A DNA stretch of 64,000 nucleotides from Octopus sinensis (Eukaryota): the NCBI RefSeq assembly GCF_006345805.1, contig NC_043005.1:70060001-70124000 (forward strand), written 5' to 3'. The notes beneath the pieces are model-generated. The model was not told the origin of the DNA. It did not search any database and saw only the letters and a list, made by a program, of their open reading frames with translations. The position numbers and the translations under genes are program-made. Below are positions 1 to 12,511 of this stretch, piece after piece; the stretch's first letter is position 1; every line of letters starts with the position of its first letter.

Positions 1-19
1 CATACAGATTCATAAGACC

Positions 20-190
20 GTTACCCCGTATTATATGGTGTATATATTCAGCCCCTGGGTAGGACACATGTAACATCGCAGGATTACTCATTTTTGCAAG
101 CTGAGTGGGTTGGAACACAACTCATCGCCCTGTTCAGGAATTGAAACGTCAATCACATCATAAGTGCAACACACTACCATTAAGCCAAGC
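20..190 (-). mobile_element. Degenerate tRNA-derived SINE (family D, 'cactcagct-gcaaaaatgagt' core)
   Basis: Minus strand reads TGGCTTAATGG (A-box-like), GTTTCAATTCC (B-box-like), then CCCACTCAGCTTGCAAAAATGAGTAATCC. Similar to copies at 20.0 and 50.4 kb. Confidence 0.5.
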
Positions 191-677
191 GCTTCCAACA
201 TTCCTAACATGACCATGCAGTATACATGTAATTCAATAGTAATTAGTCTTTCCTTTGCTGAGGAGGTTTCATAAGACAGAGAAATATTCGGAAATGTTAC
301 TGTAAATTTGAGTCTGCTAAATATCTAACGTTCACAGCACTGCGTTTATTTATGATATATTTTAATTGAATACAATTTTAGAGATGGCCTTCCTTTGTTT
401 TCCACCTAGAATTAGTTATTAAGAAGCAATTGTTCTCATGATGAAAGGTATCGTATTCATTAAGTAGACTATTTTAATTTAGTACATCGAATAATTCCAC
501 GCCTAGTTTGCTATCAAGTTTCAATGCAATTGATACCCGTATGTACGTATCAAATGGACTATGCTTTGATGAGAAGTTTTACGCAGATATATTAGCAGTG
601 AATCATGTCTAGAGACATAGCGTTCTGCTATAATGCAGCATGAGAAATTTTGTTCATTCCAATTAGCAAAAATTCAG

Positions 678-745
678 TCTTGAGACGCCTGCGTTTCGTT
701 GCCAGAATTAATGAGGGAGATAATGATTATTCTCATCAGTAAGGG
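678..745 (-). ncRNA. Degenerate type I hammerhead ribozyme motif (PLE pLTR relic)
   Basis: Minus strand: CTTA-CTGATGA-G...C-GAAA-CGC-AG-GCG-TC|TCAAG. Stem III has 4 bp and the triplet is GUC. Stem II 5' strand appears to have lost about 7 nt. Confidence 0.5.
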
Positions 746-1380
746 TGTAATTTTAACTAATCACAAAGCTTAGTAATATTGCATTAAATATGCATGTACC
801 ATCTTATAGGAATCCCCGATGAGAACTCTCTCTTTCTCTCTTCAAATATTTTAGATGAGCAAACATTCACCTGAAATCGCATTATTTCATTCGTTGCCAA
901 TTTAAATACAAGCAGAAGAATACCCGTCCGATTGAATGGAACTCAGTTATGTTCAACAAAAGCAGCTCTAGATTAAATTAGTAGGTAACTGTGCGCCGTA
1001 ATTAAAGCAAAAACGTTACGTATAATGCTTTATTGATGGCGACATATGCCATCTTAGCATTCACTTGAGTGTGAGCACCGACTGTTGACAACGGCAACGA
1101 GGCGGAAATGTATCTAGCATCCTCATCAGCCATTACTAAGATGATTTCCGTCTGACTTCAATTTATCGTGTTTTATACACCACACGCCCATAAGAAATAT
1201 TAGTCCGGACGAACCAAGCATAAAATTTGCTTTTTATGTATATGAACATTTATTATGTATGCATATATATGCACATGCACATATATGTCGATACACATAC
1301 TGTATGTATATATGTATGTGTGCGTTTAATGTGCACATAAATATATATATTCATAAATAGATAGATTTTCATTTACACAC

Positions 1381-1543
<163 letters not shown>

Positions 1544-1545
1544 CA

Positions 1546-1625
1546 GCGAGCTGGCAGAAATGTTAGCACACCTGGCGAAATGCTTATAGTATTTCGTCTG
1601 CCGTTACGTTTGGAGTTCAAATTCC
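1546..1625 (+). mobile_element. SINE family A, 5' tRNA-like head fragment
   Basis: GCGAGCTGGCAGAAATGTTAGC...GAGTTCAAATTCC matches the head of the full copy at 40075-40307. Confidence 0.75.
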
Positions 1626-2390
1626 AGAATTGAGGGCTCTGTGGCAAAATTTGAAACCAAGATTAAACTAAAGGATTACTTAATACATTTTAGCCGAGTA
1701 TATATTTGTTATACTTTTACTAGTTTCTTTGATGTTTCGGCTTGCCCATCCTCGTCATAAACTGCAATACTTCGGACAACAATAAGTCAATCGTAAGCGT
1801 CTCAAGCATATTTAGTAATTTCTTTACGAAAACCTAAAATTCCTTAATACAAATCTAATAACACAAGTATCAATTCAATAATTTTTGCTGAACGGTCAAC
1901 CATTTAGTCTGAAAATACATTTCTTTTACACTACAACACAAAATATCATAACACTGTTTTATAACTGCTATAAACTGAATCTTTCACTTGTGAATTACAC
2001 ACAACCTTTTAATCATTTTTCCACGCTTGGCTATCTCCACTATACTAACAAAAGTTCACCATCGAACTAAACAACAAAACAAAATCTTATGATTCAATCT
2101 ACCTAAACCATAGAAACCATAGAAACCTACTAGCCTCCCCTTTTTCCCTTCTTACACACCTAGGTCTATAAACTTCAAGCATCAAACCTTATTATCAAAC
2201 CTTACACGCTTATGTCTATAAACTTCATTCATCAAACCATTTTACATAGAACAATCTTTCATCAAAGTACTTGTCAAACACTATATATTATACTTTAACG
2301 ACGGTGAACCAGTGTAACGCTCAAAGTTACAGGCAGAAATTTCCTTGCAAAAGTTTGCGAAGCGTTACATATATATATATATATATATAT

Positions 2391-2560
2391 GTTGTTACGT
2401 TCTGAGTTCAAATTCCGCCGAGGTCGATTTGCCTTTCATCCTCTCGGGGTCGATAAATAAAGTGCCAGTTTCGCACTGGGGTCTATTTAATCGATGTAAT
2501 CCCTTTGTCCGTCCTTGTTTGTTCCCTCTATCTTTAGCCCCTTGTGGGCAGTACAGAAAT
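2391..2560 (+). mobile_element. SINE family A (Meta/MESC-like central domain), 5'-truncated
   Basis: GAGTTCAAATTCCGCCGAGGTCGATTTGCCTTTCATCCTCTCGGGGTCGATAAA core and 3' CCCCTTGTGGG end shared with other copies. Confidence 0.85.
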
Positions 2561-2950
2561 GTGGTGAGTAGCTTGTTTGCCAACCACATGGTTCCGGGTT
2601 CAGTCCCACTGCGTGGCACTTTACACAAGTGTCTTCTACTATAGCCTCGGGCCGACCAAATCCTTCTGAGTGGATTTGGTAGACGGAAACTGAAAAGAAG
2701 CCCGTCGTATATATGTATATATATATCTATGCATGTGTGTGTGTTTGTGTGTCTGTGTTTGTCCCCCACCTCGCATTGCTTGACAACCGATGCAGGTGTG
2801 CTTATGTCCCCGTTACTTAGCGGTTCGGCAAAAGAAACCGATAGAATAAGTACTGGGCTTACAAAAGAATAAGTCCCGGGGTCGAGTTGCTCGATTAAAG
2901 GCGGTGCTCCAGCATGGCTGTAGTCAAATGACTGAAACAAGTAAAAGAGT
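2561..2950 (+). mobile_element. SINE family B (CORE-like), near full length
   Basis: GGTTCCGGGTTCAGTCCC B-box, CAAGTGTCTTCTACTATAGCC core, internal TA/TG tract and GTAAAAGAGT tail. Homologous to 57473-57887. Confidence 0.9.
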
Positions 2951-3199
2951 ATGTGTTTTTGTAAATGAATGTATATATATGTATATATATCTATCTACCT
3001 ATATATAAGAAACAAAAGAGGAAAGTGGAATTTTTTTCGTATTATTTCCATTTTTCTGTTATATTATACAATAACTACAACAAACAATATTTCTAAAATT
3101 CCCAATTTTAATAAATATTCTAATTAACATACAGCAGTAACTATGGATGCTAGTGATAGCAATAATTGAATAAGAAGATGTGCTTCAAGAGGAAACAGT

Positions 3200-4185
3200 T
3201 GGGAATTTCCCGAACTACCTAAGAAATTATATTGAACAGGCGTCGAAGATATGACTTGACGATTGCTTCATATTCTCTAAATACCCTGGAAAAGTTCAAT
3301 ATCCTCCTGAACAACCTACACCCATCTCTCCACTTTACAAAAGAGATGAGCAGTACCAAATTACCATTCCTGGACACAAATATATACTATAAACGCATGG
3401 ACACATATCAATACCTGAATTTTAAATCGTGCCAGCCACCACATACAAAACACAACATCCATAATGCCTAGCCAGAACAATTTGTACCATCGTAGAATAT
3501 GCGAATATCAGGAACAAACACCTAACAGACCTATAAGCATTTTTGCTCAAACAAAAATACCCGTCTCTACTTACAGGAAATGGTATACAGCGGGCTATAA
3601 AAATATCCATAGAACAACTGAAGACAACCTAAAGAAGAGGAAAACAAGACCAAGTCATACCATTTATTGTGGCACACAATTCATATCACCAGAATATCTT
3701 CAACATTGCTCAAAGTAATGAATTAAAAGATATAAATCACAGATCGGTATATGGCTCCAAATAAAAGACAGCCTAAAATCTTGAAAAAAAATTATTAACA
3801 CAGGGAAGGTTTGACCTCAGCAAAAAACAAAGACCAATAATTCACAGTATCTAAATGCAATAATAGCCGATGTAGTACATGCCAATTCATACATAACGGC
3901 TAGTATGTGAACAAAAAGCAACGGAAGAATATTCACAAACGCAAATATGAACTGCAAAAGCAGAAATTTCATTTGCGGCATCAAAAGCCCGAATTGTGAA
4001 GAACTATATGTGGATCAGACTGGAAATGCACTATCAGAACGTTCAGATGTGCACCGACAGCATATAAGAGATCCAGATGTCCGTCAGATACCTATGACTA
4101 ACCATCTAGCAACATGTGGTCGGAAACTATTTATATTTCCATTCCACAAATTACACAGTCCAAGTGAAATCGGTGAGTTCTTATG
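3200..4185 (+). mobile_element. Penelope-like retroelement relic (Neptune-like): RT C-terminus plus GIY-YIG endonuclease, frameshifted
   Basis: RY-LDDCFIF (RT motif C, frameshifted), LNNLHPSLHFT, LPFLD, YQYLNFKSC, a CNNSRCSTC zinc motif at about 3855-3885, and NCKSRNFICGIKSPNCEELYVDQTGNALSER. Confidence 0.85.
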
Positions 4186-4345
4186 ATTCCATTGCTTCGA
4201 CTGGACTTTAGACTCAGGTTTATAGTGGTGGATCCATGTTTCATCCAGTGTGATAAGTCTGCTGAAAAGTCCTCCTCGTTCTCATTGCTGGTACATTGCT
4301 GGGAGCAATTGACTCATTCCTGCTTCTGATATGGTGTGACCAACC
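4186..4345 (-). mobile_element. Mariner transposase fragment
   Basis: Minus translation DFFSRLITLDETWIHHYKPESKVQSKQW covers the first catalytic-Asp region. A possible terminal TACAGGGTGA lies at 4441-4450. Confidence 0.75.
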
Positions 4346-4450
4346 GTACTAGATGCTCTCCTCTTATATAAATTTTGTTTATAAAAGTTACAATTGATAA
4401 ATAATTTATAAGTATTTTAAAATAAGGAGTTACTTTTCCATCACCCTGTA

Positions 4451-4720
4451 TGTCTATTTTCAGCTTTACTTGCTAGAATATCGCTTTTCGTTGAGATGGT
4501 CTGAAGAGCACCGACCAAGATAGGAATCACTTATTTTCGAGGCTCTGTGGATGTCAGGTTTTAGTACTTCTCGAGTTTATCCTTATCCGTATTCACAATG
4601 TTCTGGTCTGCAGGTATAGCTACGTCAATGACAGTCCATGCTTTGGATTATCAGGAGATTAATATCTGATCGGCTATGATGCAGAATTTCCAGTATAGCG
4701 AAAGTCTGATGCAAAGTAGA
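4451..4720 (-). mobile_element. Non-LTR retrotransposon fragment, restriction-like endonuclease (RLE) C-terminus, R4/Dong-like
   Basis: Minus translation WTVIDVAIPADQNIVNTDKDKLEKY*NL...VIPILVGALQTI fits the RLE pattern ID-x-A-x-P...K..KY...P-x-x-x-GALG. Confidence 0.72.
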
Positions 4721-5578
4721 GTATGGTGGAAAAATTCATTTTGTTTTTTAAATAGGCATTGGGTAAAGACTAAAAATGTGAAGATTTTGCAATAACGTAG
4801 TTAATAGCTGAAGCAAATTTTACTGACAATTTGTTGTTATAGGTAGATTTTACTAACCTTTCTTTAATATTCTATTTATGGTACTAACTAATTATGCAGT
4901 ATTATTATTCTTTATAACCAATTTTCAAATTTCTAATTATTAATTTGATGAGTAAAAATGAATTTTATTAACTTCAAAAAATATTTTGAGTTATCTTTAA
5001 TTTTTAATAGAAGTAACAAGTAATAATAAATAGAAGTCGTAACTTGTAATAAACTTTTTAGGTTTAATAAAAGCTAATATTTTCTGATCTAAATATTTTA
5101 TTTGAAATTTTATCCTTAACAGCAATATTTTAAATAAAAAAATTTCTTGTTCTGTACTTTACCAGATGTAATACCTTTTCCTGAACTTTTCAGGTGTAAT
5201 AAATTGTTCTGTATTTTTCCAGGTTTATGATCTTAATAAAATTAATTATCTTGCTTGCATTTTCCATGTAATGTAAAAATGTAACATGTGAATGCCGCTC
5301 TGTGAATATGAGCTTGTGTGTGTTGATTACATTGGGGTTATTTTCTGCGAATCAATAGGAATAACTAGCCGAAAAGAAGTAATTGTTGAATGCAAATTCA
5401 TAATTCCCGTAATTGAAATTTGTGAAGTGAGATACAATAGTTTAAAGACACGCTATAACTCTTATCCTGTGGGTTTGTTTGCACGTAACCGCGCATTTGT
5501 AAGTCAGGTAAAAAAATATTTGAGGTTTAAAATGTTCAACTGTAAAAGAGGCACCTTCATGAGCGCGCTTGTGTGTTG

Positions 5579-5656
5579 ATATATATATATATACATATAT
5601 ATATATACATGCATGCATGCATAGATACACACGCACACACACACTCACACACACAA

Positions 5657-5714
<58 letters not shown>

Positions 5715-5715
5715 C
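5579..5715. repeat. (TA)n/(CA)n compound microsatellite at a SINE tail
   Basis: Read directly from the sequence. Confidence 0.9.
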
Positions 5716-6021
5716 ACGTGATCACGTGGCCGACCACACCATCAGATGATGTTACACATCGCTGGTCACAATGCGTTCGCATTGTTTTTTTTAGCCTTCG
5801 AATGACGCCACCCCGCTGGCTTAGCGAGCAGGCCAACAGAAGAAAGAGTGGGAGAAAGAGTGATGAAAGAGTACAGCAAGGATCACCACACCCTGCCGGA
5901 GCCTCGTGGAGCTTTTAGGTGTTTTCGCTCAATAAACACTCACGACGCCCGGTCTGGAAATCTAAACTGCGATCCTACGACCGCGAGTCCGCTGCCCTAA
6001 CCACTGGGCCATTGCGCCTCC
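5716..6021 (-). mobile_element. SINE family C (tRNA-derived), full length
   Basis: Minus strand starts GGAGGCGCAATGGCCCAGTGGTTAGGGCAGCGGACTCGCGGTCGTAGGATCGC with A and B boxes. Homologous to 40958-41121. Confidence 0.9.
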
Positions 6022-6045
6022 ACATATATTTATATAGTTACATAT

Positions 6046-6046
<1 letters not shown>

Positions 6047-6092
<46 letters not shown>
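6047..6092. repeat. (GA)n microsatellite
   Basis: Read directly from the sequence. Confidence 0.95.
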
Positions 6093-6094
<2 letters not shown>

Positions 6095-6323
6095 TGATAT
6101 AAGGTGTTTAGTTCGCTTGTTGTTTAAACAAACAGGTACACTAAGTGCTATAGCTGCTTCCAAGAACATTTAGGTTTCAAGTTCGCAGCTAAGACTGAAT
6201 ATAGGAATCCGTTTTAGGGTTACGTTATGGCATGTACATATATTAGAGGGAAAATGAAAACCATGGTAGAACGAGTATCCCAAGTCGTTTAGAATAAATT
6301 AATAAGGATAAGGTTAATTTTAA

Positions 6324-6399
6324 GTGTTACAGCCGTTTCTGGGATAGTCCAAGTGATTGGTTAGCATGTTCTTGCACTGGATATTTCGTCATCAGAGAC
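6324..6399 (-). ncRNA. Degenerate type I hammerhead motif with long stem II (PLE pLTR relic)
   Basis: Minus strand: GTCT-CTGATGA-C...TCCAGTG...CACTTGGA...A-GAAA-C-GGCT-G-TA|ACAC. Stems I and II carry mismatches. Confidence 0.45.
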
Positions 6400-8667
6400 A
6401 AGGTATAAATATTGTAGACGGGAAAATTTAGAGTTGACAAGGAATAAAATTCACAGTTTATAAGGAACAAAACGGAAGAATAAAGTAGTAAAATAGAAGA
6501 ATAAAGAGGAATAATAGCGAGTAGAATATACGTAGAAGAATAGTGTTCAACACTTTTTCTTCGGGATATGGATGTTGGTCTGTACTTCCATGAAGGTACA
6601 GGTCTTTAGTCAAAATCCTAGGCAAATCTGGAGATATTTTGTCAGTGTTGCGAATGATGAATTCATATTGTAAATATATATTAAGAGCGAGAAAGTATGA
6701 TGGGCATAAATGGTTATTGTGAGTGGGTTATGAGAGAGAGAGAGAGAGCGAGGAGAAAGAGTGAAAGACAGATACGAAAAGGGGTTAGAATATATGATAG
6801 TGGTAAAAGGGAAAAATAATGACAAAATAAAAATAAAATAATAAAAATATAAGAATATAAATTATGTTAATAATAATAAAAAATAATGAAATAAAATAAA
6901 AACAAGCTAATTTCAACTCAATATTTTTATGTTATATTTTTGTTAGATTTTAGTTTTCTTAGTTTGTAATTTTGAGTTTAGGTTCAAAACTTCAATTTTC
7001 TATCATAATTTTGAGTTTTAGGTTTGATTCCTAATTCTTTATCTCGCAACATTTAATGACTATGAAGTTTGGAATACAATTTTAAATATCTGCACTAAGC
7101 TATTCTCCTGAAAACCTTACCTAGATTCGCCTTCCACCACCACTCTATTGAAACTTTAACGTTTGACCTCTAACGCACATTCAATACTCACATGTCTATA
7201 TAGTTAACTTTACTTTTATTTATTTATTTTTTTAATCTTATTATTCTTTACCCTGTTCCCTCTATCGTATTCTATTTTTATTCCCTTTCTCCTCTCTCCC
7301 ATACATCTCTTAAAAACGGGTTTAGGATATATCTGTAATTACCATTTCCTTTATTTTATTTTTTATAAAAATTAGTCTCAATTTTGCCTTGGTTTTGGTT
7401 TTTCCTCTAATATAACACAGAGAAACACACAGACACACACACATATATGTATATGCGTTCACATATACTTAATAGCCTTCCGCACAGTATATTTATACTA
7501 AATTCAATCAAAGTTATTTGGAAGTCACTTGCCGAAATTGGTCCACATAGGACGGAACCGAAATCAGGGAGTGTAAAGAAAATTACCTTGCCACAAGCTC
7601 ACACCTAATATGAAAAGACATATTTTACAACTGTGCATATATGTATGTAGTTTTAAAAATTGAACCATCTGTCTTAATGAAAATAAACTTAATTTTATGA
7701 AATCGAAATGGTTCAGTCAGGAAGGAAATGTGCTCAAAATGCTCAATTCGGAAGATTTTATTTCCTAATCGTCAGTTCTTGTTATCATATCTTAGTGAAA
7801 GCATTGATTTGATGAATACTGCAAAGAAAGAACCATGTATAACACATTCCACCTCAGGAAAATTTAAATCCTCCAGCTGAAGTTTAGTTTCTCAAAATAT
7901 CTCCTGATTGTAATTGGAAAATATTTTTCTTTAATAACCATATTTGTCTTTATTGTTGAGTGTTAGCAAATGGCTTTCAAATTTGAAAGTCATGTGAAAG
8001 CATTTAGTACAGCTGCTGTCCGATATGTTTTCATGTTTTGAATATTGGAATTATTTTATATTTTTATCCATTGTTAGCAACCAGCAAATACGTAGGCAAA
8101 CTGCAATTGGCTTTTACTTTGAAATATATAATACAGCTGGTAAATAGCTTCTCACTAGGTTTGAAATTATATATATTCAGCAGTACTGCGAAAAAATAAA
8201 AATTATGCATGAACAACAAATTTTCGAATTGTGAATGTATAGATAATGTTCTAGGAGAAAATAACATAGAGGCTATTGCAGTATTTCTAGAATATGTACT
8301 GTCATTAGCAAAGAAAATGTTACTTAATGTAAGAAATCACCAAGATTGTCATTAGATTTTGGTATTTTTGTATTTTTTGTTATGTCCGTTATTTTCCGTT
8401 TGCTAATGGTGTACCGTTATATAATAACTAAAAATTTATATGTTCGTGTAAGTCTTCGTGCGACAGGCTAGATATAACAACGAAATTTTTGTCAGCTAAC
8501 ATACTGCCAACTTAATCAAAGACGGATACAACGGATAACATGCACAATAACACGACAAAAACGCTGTTGTTATTAGTTGGCATTCATTAAATTAGAGGTC
8601 ATCTCTTCCCAATCTCAGGGTCAAACATTACAAGATCCCCCAACAATGGCTATGATAATTTTAGTAT

Positions 8668-8875
8668 ATATTCTTTTCTACTCTAGGCACAAGGTCCGAA
8701 AATTAAGGGGAGAGGCCAGTCGATTAGAAAGACTCCAGCACGCAACTGGTACTTAATTTATCTACCCTGAAAGGATGAAAAACAAAGTCAACCTCGGCGG
8801 AATTTAGAGTCAGAAAGTAAAGACAGACGAAATACTTCTAAGCATTTCGCCTGACGCTTCTGCCCGCTCTCCGCC
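8668..8875 (-). mobile_element. SINE family A, diverged
   Basis: Reverse complement of the family A head and CTTTCATCCTTTC core. Confidence 0.8.
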
Positions 8876-8939
8876 TTGTTTCCACACTTCTTTCCTCCTC
8901 TTTTCTCTTTATCTCACCAATCTGTCGGTCCGTCACACG

Positions 8940-9020
8940 TTAGCTACTAGAGGAAAGAGTGAGAGAAAGTTGTGGCGAAAGAGTCAGCAGGATTTCGTCA
9001 TTATCCTCTGGCTAAGCCGC
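8940..9020 (-). mobile_element. SINE family C internal fragment
   Basis: GAAAGAGTGAGAGAAAGTTGTGGCGAAAGAGTCAGCAGG matches the body of 5716-6021. Confidence 0.5.
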
Positions 9021-10344
9021 GTGAAGCTTACGTGATGGTAGTACGTAGTGCACATAAAAGTTTTAATGATCAACAAATGCAGAGTTGAATACTACAGGAG
9101 CGCATGTAATGTCTGTGCCATTTTATTGAACACAATTATCAGTGGTACACTGAAAGTGGCATATCCCATTATTTTCAACTTGTATCAAGTATTATACCAT
9201 ATCAAGCAAGAGCGGTATATTACTGAATATGAATTTTGTGTGTTTAAAAAGAAAGGGGAACATGGTATGTCAGAAACGCTGAGGAAGTGATAAACAGTTA
9301 GAGTAATTGTGTCAAAGCTATATTATATGCGATCAATATGAATATTTATTTCTGACTTTATCACAGAACAATGGAATTAAAAGAGATGTTTGTTGCCAAC
9401 TGAATGACACATGTTTATGACAAGTAAGAGTATTTTGATAATGCTGCTGTTTCTAAGCTATTACCATAAATAAAGCGACCAAAATGATATTAAATCTGCG
9501 TCAGCAAACTCTGTACTATTTCTACAAATCCAACAAGGATTTTGTCTATATGGCTACAATATTACACGTAACTAGAGGAAAGGCATGGTTGATTGAGTGT
9601 ATCTATATATTTTTGGCTTCCATTTATGTTGCCAACGATATTATGAAGAAGGAAAACACGGCAAACAATGCGGGATTTGAACCCGGATTTGAAAGGGCAT
9701 CTGCTTTATATTAAAAAAAACCCTTTTACTCCTTAAATATCATTCACTCTTCTAACCGTTCACAGCACACATGAAGATTCTATATTAGGCAGGTAACCAT
9801 ACGTTTTCAGAAGGGGAGCGGATAAAATTAAATACTGTATATAATTTAGCAACGCATCAAAGATGAAAGGAACGTTTATTCAAAAGGGAACGGAATATAG
9901 ATTACAAACGAATGCAATATGAAAATGCATTTCACGCGTTTCAATAGCGATTCTGCTATAGGAAACGCCTATAATCATCAATAATAAATAGCATGATCGA
10001 TATCTGTCAATATGCCACGTGTTATAAATGATCTTATTCATATTTTGATGCATAACATTATGGATCTTCATATTGTTTCATTATGAGAAATATTGTGTTT
10101 ATACGTCCGAATGCTCTATGTAGTTGAGGACTTTTAACAAGTAGCACCTGCAATACGTTTCAGGTATTATGTTTAGAATTTCCATTGTATTTCGCATATC
10201 ATTCGAGAATTTAAATTGTTTATGGTTAAAGCCTTCCTTTCGCACTTCGAAATTTCCATCTATGGCAAGAGTTAGCATTTTTACACGAATTCGGTCAACC
10301 ATAATCAGAAAAATTATGTTAATAATTTCTGATTGAGCCACAAG

Positions 10345-10470
10345 CTTAGTGATTTGAGGAGGTGGTGTAAGTGGATATCATCGACCGCACTACAAGATTG
10401 GTACTCAATTATATCGAACTTGAAGGAATAAATGACGCAGTTGTCCTTGGCTTGTAGGGCACATAGAATG
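10345..10470 (-). mobile_element. Highly diverged SINE family A fragment
   Basis: TGGTACTCAATTATATCGAAC-TTGAAGGAATAAA resembles the reverse-complemented family A core. Confidence 0.4.
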
Positions 10471-10628
10471 TAAAACGCCGGTATAGATATCACAGATAAT
10501 CTTTTACGACTCTTTAAGCATTATGCTAGATCGTCGTATTATTGTTATAGAATTGACTGTAATAATAATTTTCTTCAATAACCAAATGCAATCGATATGT
10601 TACAGAAAATAATAAAAACAATTATAAG

Positions 10629-10756
10629 CTTAGTGGTTCGGCAAAAGAGACCGATAGAATAAGTACTAGCCTTACAAAGAGTACGTCAGGGCACGATTTG
10701 CTCGCTTAAAGGCGGTGCTCTAGCATAGCGGCTGAAACAAGTAAAAGAGTAAAGAG
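10629..10756 (+). mobile_element. SINE family B, 3' segment
   Basis: CTTAGTGGTTCGGCAAAAGAGACCGATAGAATAAGTACTAG...GAAACAAGTAAAAGAGT. Confidence 0.8.
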
Positions 10757-10779
10757 AATAAGTGACTTACAAATATGAC

Positions 10780-11620
10780 TCAGGTGGTTGTTCAATAGCT
10801 GCTCTCAATTCGTCCATTGTTGCCGTTTTGTATGATAATCTTTGTCTTTCGAGTATTCCCACAAATAAATATCCTCTGGAGTGAGTTCCGGTGAACGTGG
10901 AAGATACTCTGCTAACCACATTCATTCAATTCAGCTGCATGACAGATTTTCAACAAGGTAGTCCGTTACATTACGATGGCTGTGTAGAGTTGCCCATCTT
11001 GCTGTAAATAAAACTCCGTGTCATCAAGCATATTGGCATGAAATATTTCCACATCGGGTTGAAGTAAATTGGGCCGGACATACCTACTGAAAAATTGGTC
11101 TAATTAATCTTGTAGAAGAAAATAGAGACCACATTGTAATTCCTGTTAAATTAAGATGGTGATACACCATGATATGCAGATTCTCATTTAACAAGAAGAA
11201 GCAATTATGGAGATTAATTGAACCACTGAATTCAAACGTAATTCAATGCAAACAATCACTGCAAATAATCATTATTGAAAAGAATGCATTTTTACTCATC
11301 TGGCTAAGTAATACACTTTGGTCTTGGAATGTAACTTTTTCAATGACAGTGCATCGAAATGCGAGAGACGCTTGATTTGATATTCTTGTTCACGTCATGT
11401 AGACAGTCTTAAAAGTGTAGCAATCCGTGTTTCTTACGCGTTCGTTCTTAACGACCCACATCGGTAACTGTGTTCTTTCAGAACGCTTTCTGTGAACATT
11501 GTGAGCAGTTTAATCTGCTTCATACTTCACTGTAATTAAAGTGACGATTAGTCGCGTAGAAGAATCTGTTTGCAATTCCCTTTTCAAATATATTTGCCCA
11601 ACGGCTGAGTACTGAAACTC
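10780..11620 (-). mobile_element. Degenerate Tc1/mariner-superfamily transposase
   Basis: Minus-strand frames give FYLQQDG, YLPRSPELTPEDIYLWEYSKDKDY and FEFSGSINLHNC, resembling the QQDGA, PRSPDLTPxDFxLWG and GxVNxHNC motifs. Many stops and frameshifts. Confidence 0.7.
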
Positions 11621-11742
11621 CTAGTAATATTTTAGGGCTTGTCGTATCGATATAATTTAACCTGGTTCCTTTCATTATTCAATGTGTGAAAGATAAAAGA
11701 AATGAAGCTTAAGTATTCGGTTACTAAAATGTGTATACACTG

Positions 11743-11744
<2 letters not shown>

Positions 11745-11836
<92 letters not shown>
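11745..11836. repeat. (TA)n microsatellite
   Basis: Read directly from the sequence. Confidence 0.95.
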
Positions 11837-11840
<4 letters not shown>

Positions 11841-12264
11841 GGTTAGTGAGAGAGAGAGGATGGAAGATACGAGAAATTTTAGAGAATTTTTTATAAAATA
11901 TTACAATTGTTTCAACCCATCTAATATCAGCTCATCGTTGTAGATGCATTTCTTCGCGTGATATTCAGGTACAACTCGTTAAAATAAGGACTGTTCCTCA
12001 AGGTATCTTCACGGTTGATGTAAATAAAAGCATGAAATTAAAGGATATATCTTCATTTGTATAGAAGATCAATAATGAAAGCTAACAAATGCAAAACAAA
12101 AACAAATACACAATACAGCGAAGAAGTATTAAATATAAACGTTAACGGATATGGATGTATAAACGCCCTAGCGTTAGTTGTATGCTACATGTACACCCGC
12201 GCATACAGACATCCACGAAGATATAAGCACACGCACAAAAGTGGTTTCACGCACAGGCTTCCAC

Positions 12265-12511
12265 AAACCGAATTAAATAGCTACTTAAATAGTTAAATTT
12301 AATTCATCCAAATATTATGGCGAATCATGATTATTAATTAAGTGAATGGTTACTCAAGTTAATCCCACTGGATTATGCGATAGCGTATTCATATGGATGT
12401 AAACATCTTGAGAATCTTTCAGAAATTCTATTAATGATTTTCTCATCGGTCCATAAAAGACACAGGGATTCCTCGGAGCAGAGGTGGTGCATGTTGGAAA
12501 TGATATTATAT
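12265..12511. repeat. Unclassified dispersed repeat, interrupted by the CR1 LINE and resuming at about 13940
   Basis: TTAAATAGCTACTT...TCTTTCAGAAATTCTATTA...CAGGGATTC.TCGGAG...GGAAATGATATT is shared with 37372-37645. Confidence 0.75.

Noticed and set aside
5960-6021. tRNA-like sequences here and in other SINE heads
   Set aside because: They are SINE heads followed by SINE bodies, with no complete acceptor stem, so not tRNA genes.
7960-8035. C2H2-like string SCTKCFHMTFKFESHLL on the minus strand
   Set aside because: Wrong spacing, no histidine pair and no linker repeat.
9099-9262. Possible plus-strand exon (ctacag|GAGC...CATG|gtatgt)
   Set aside because: Poor polypyrimidine tract, no recognisable protein and no partner exons.
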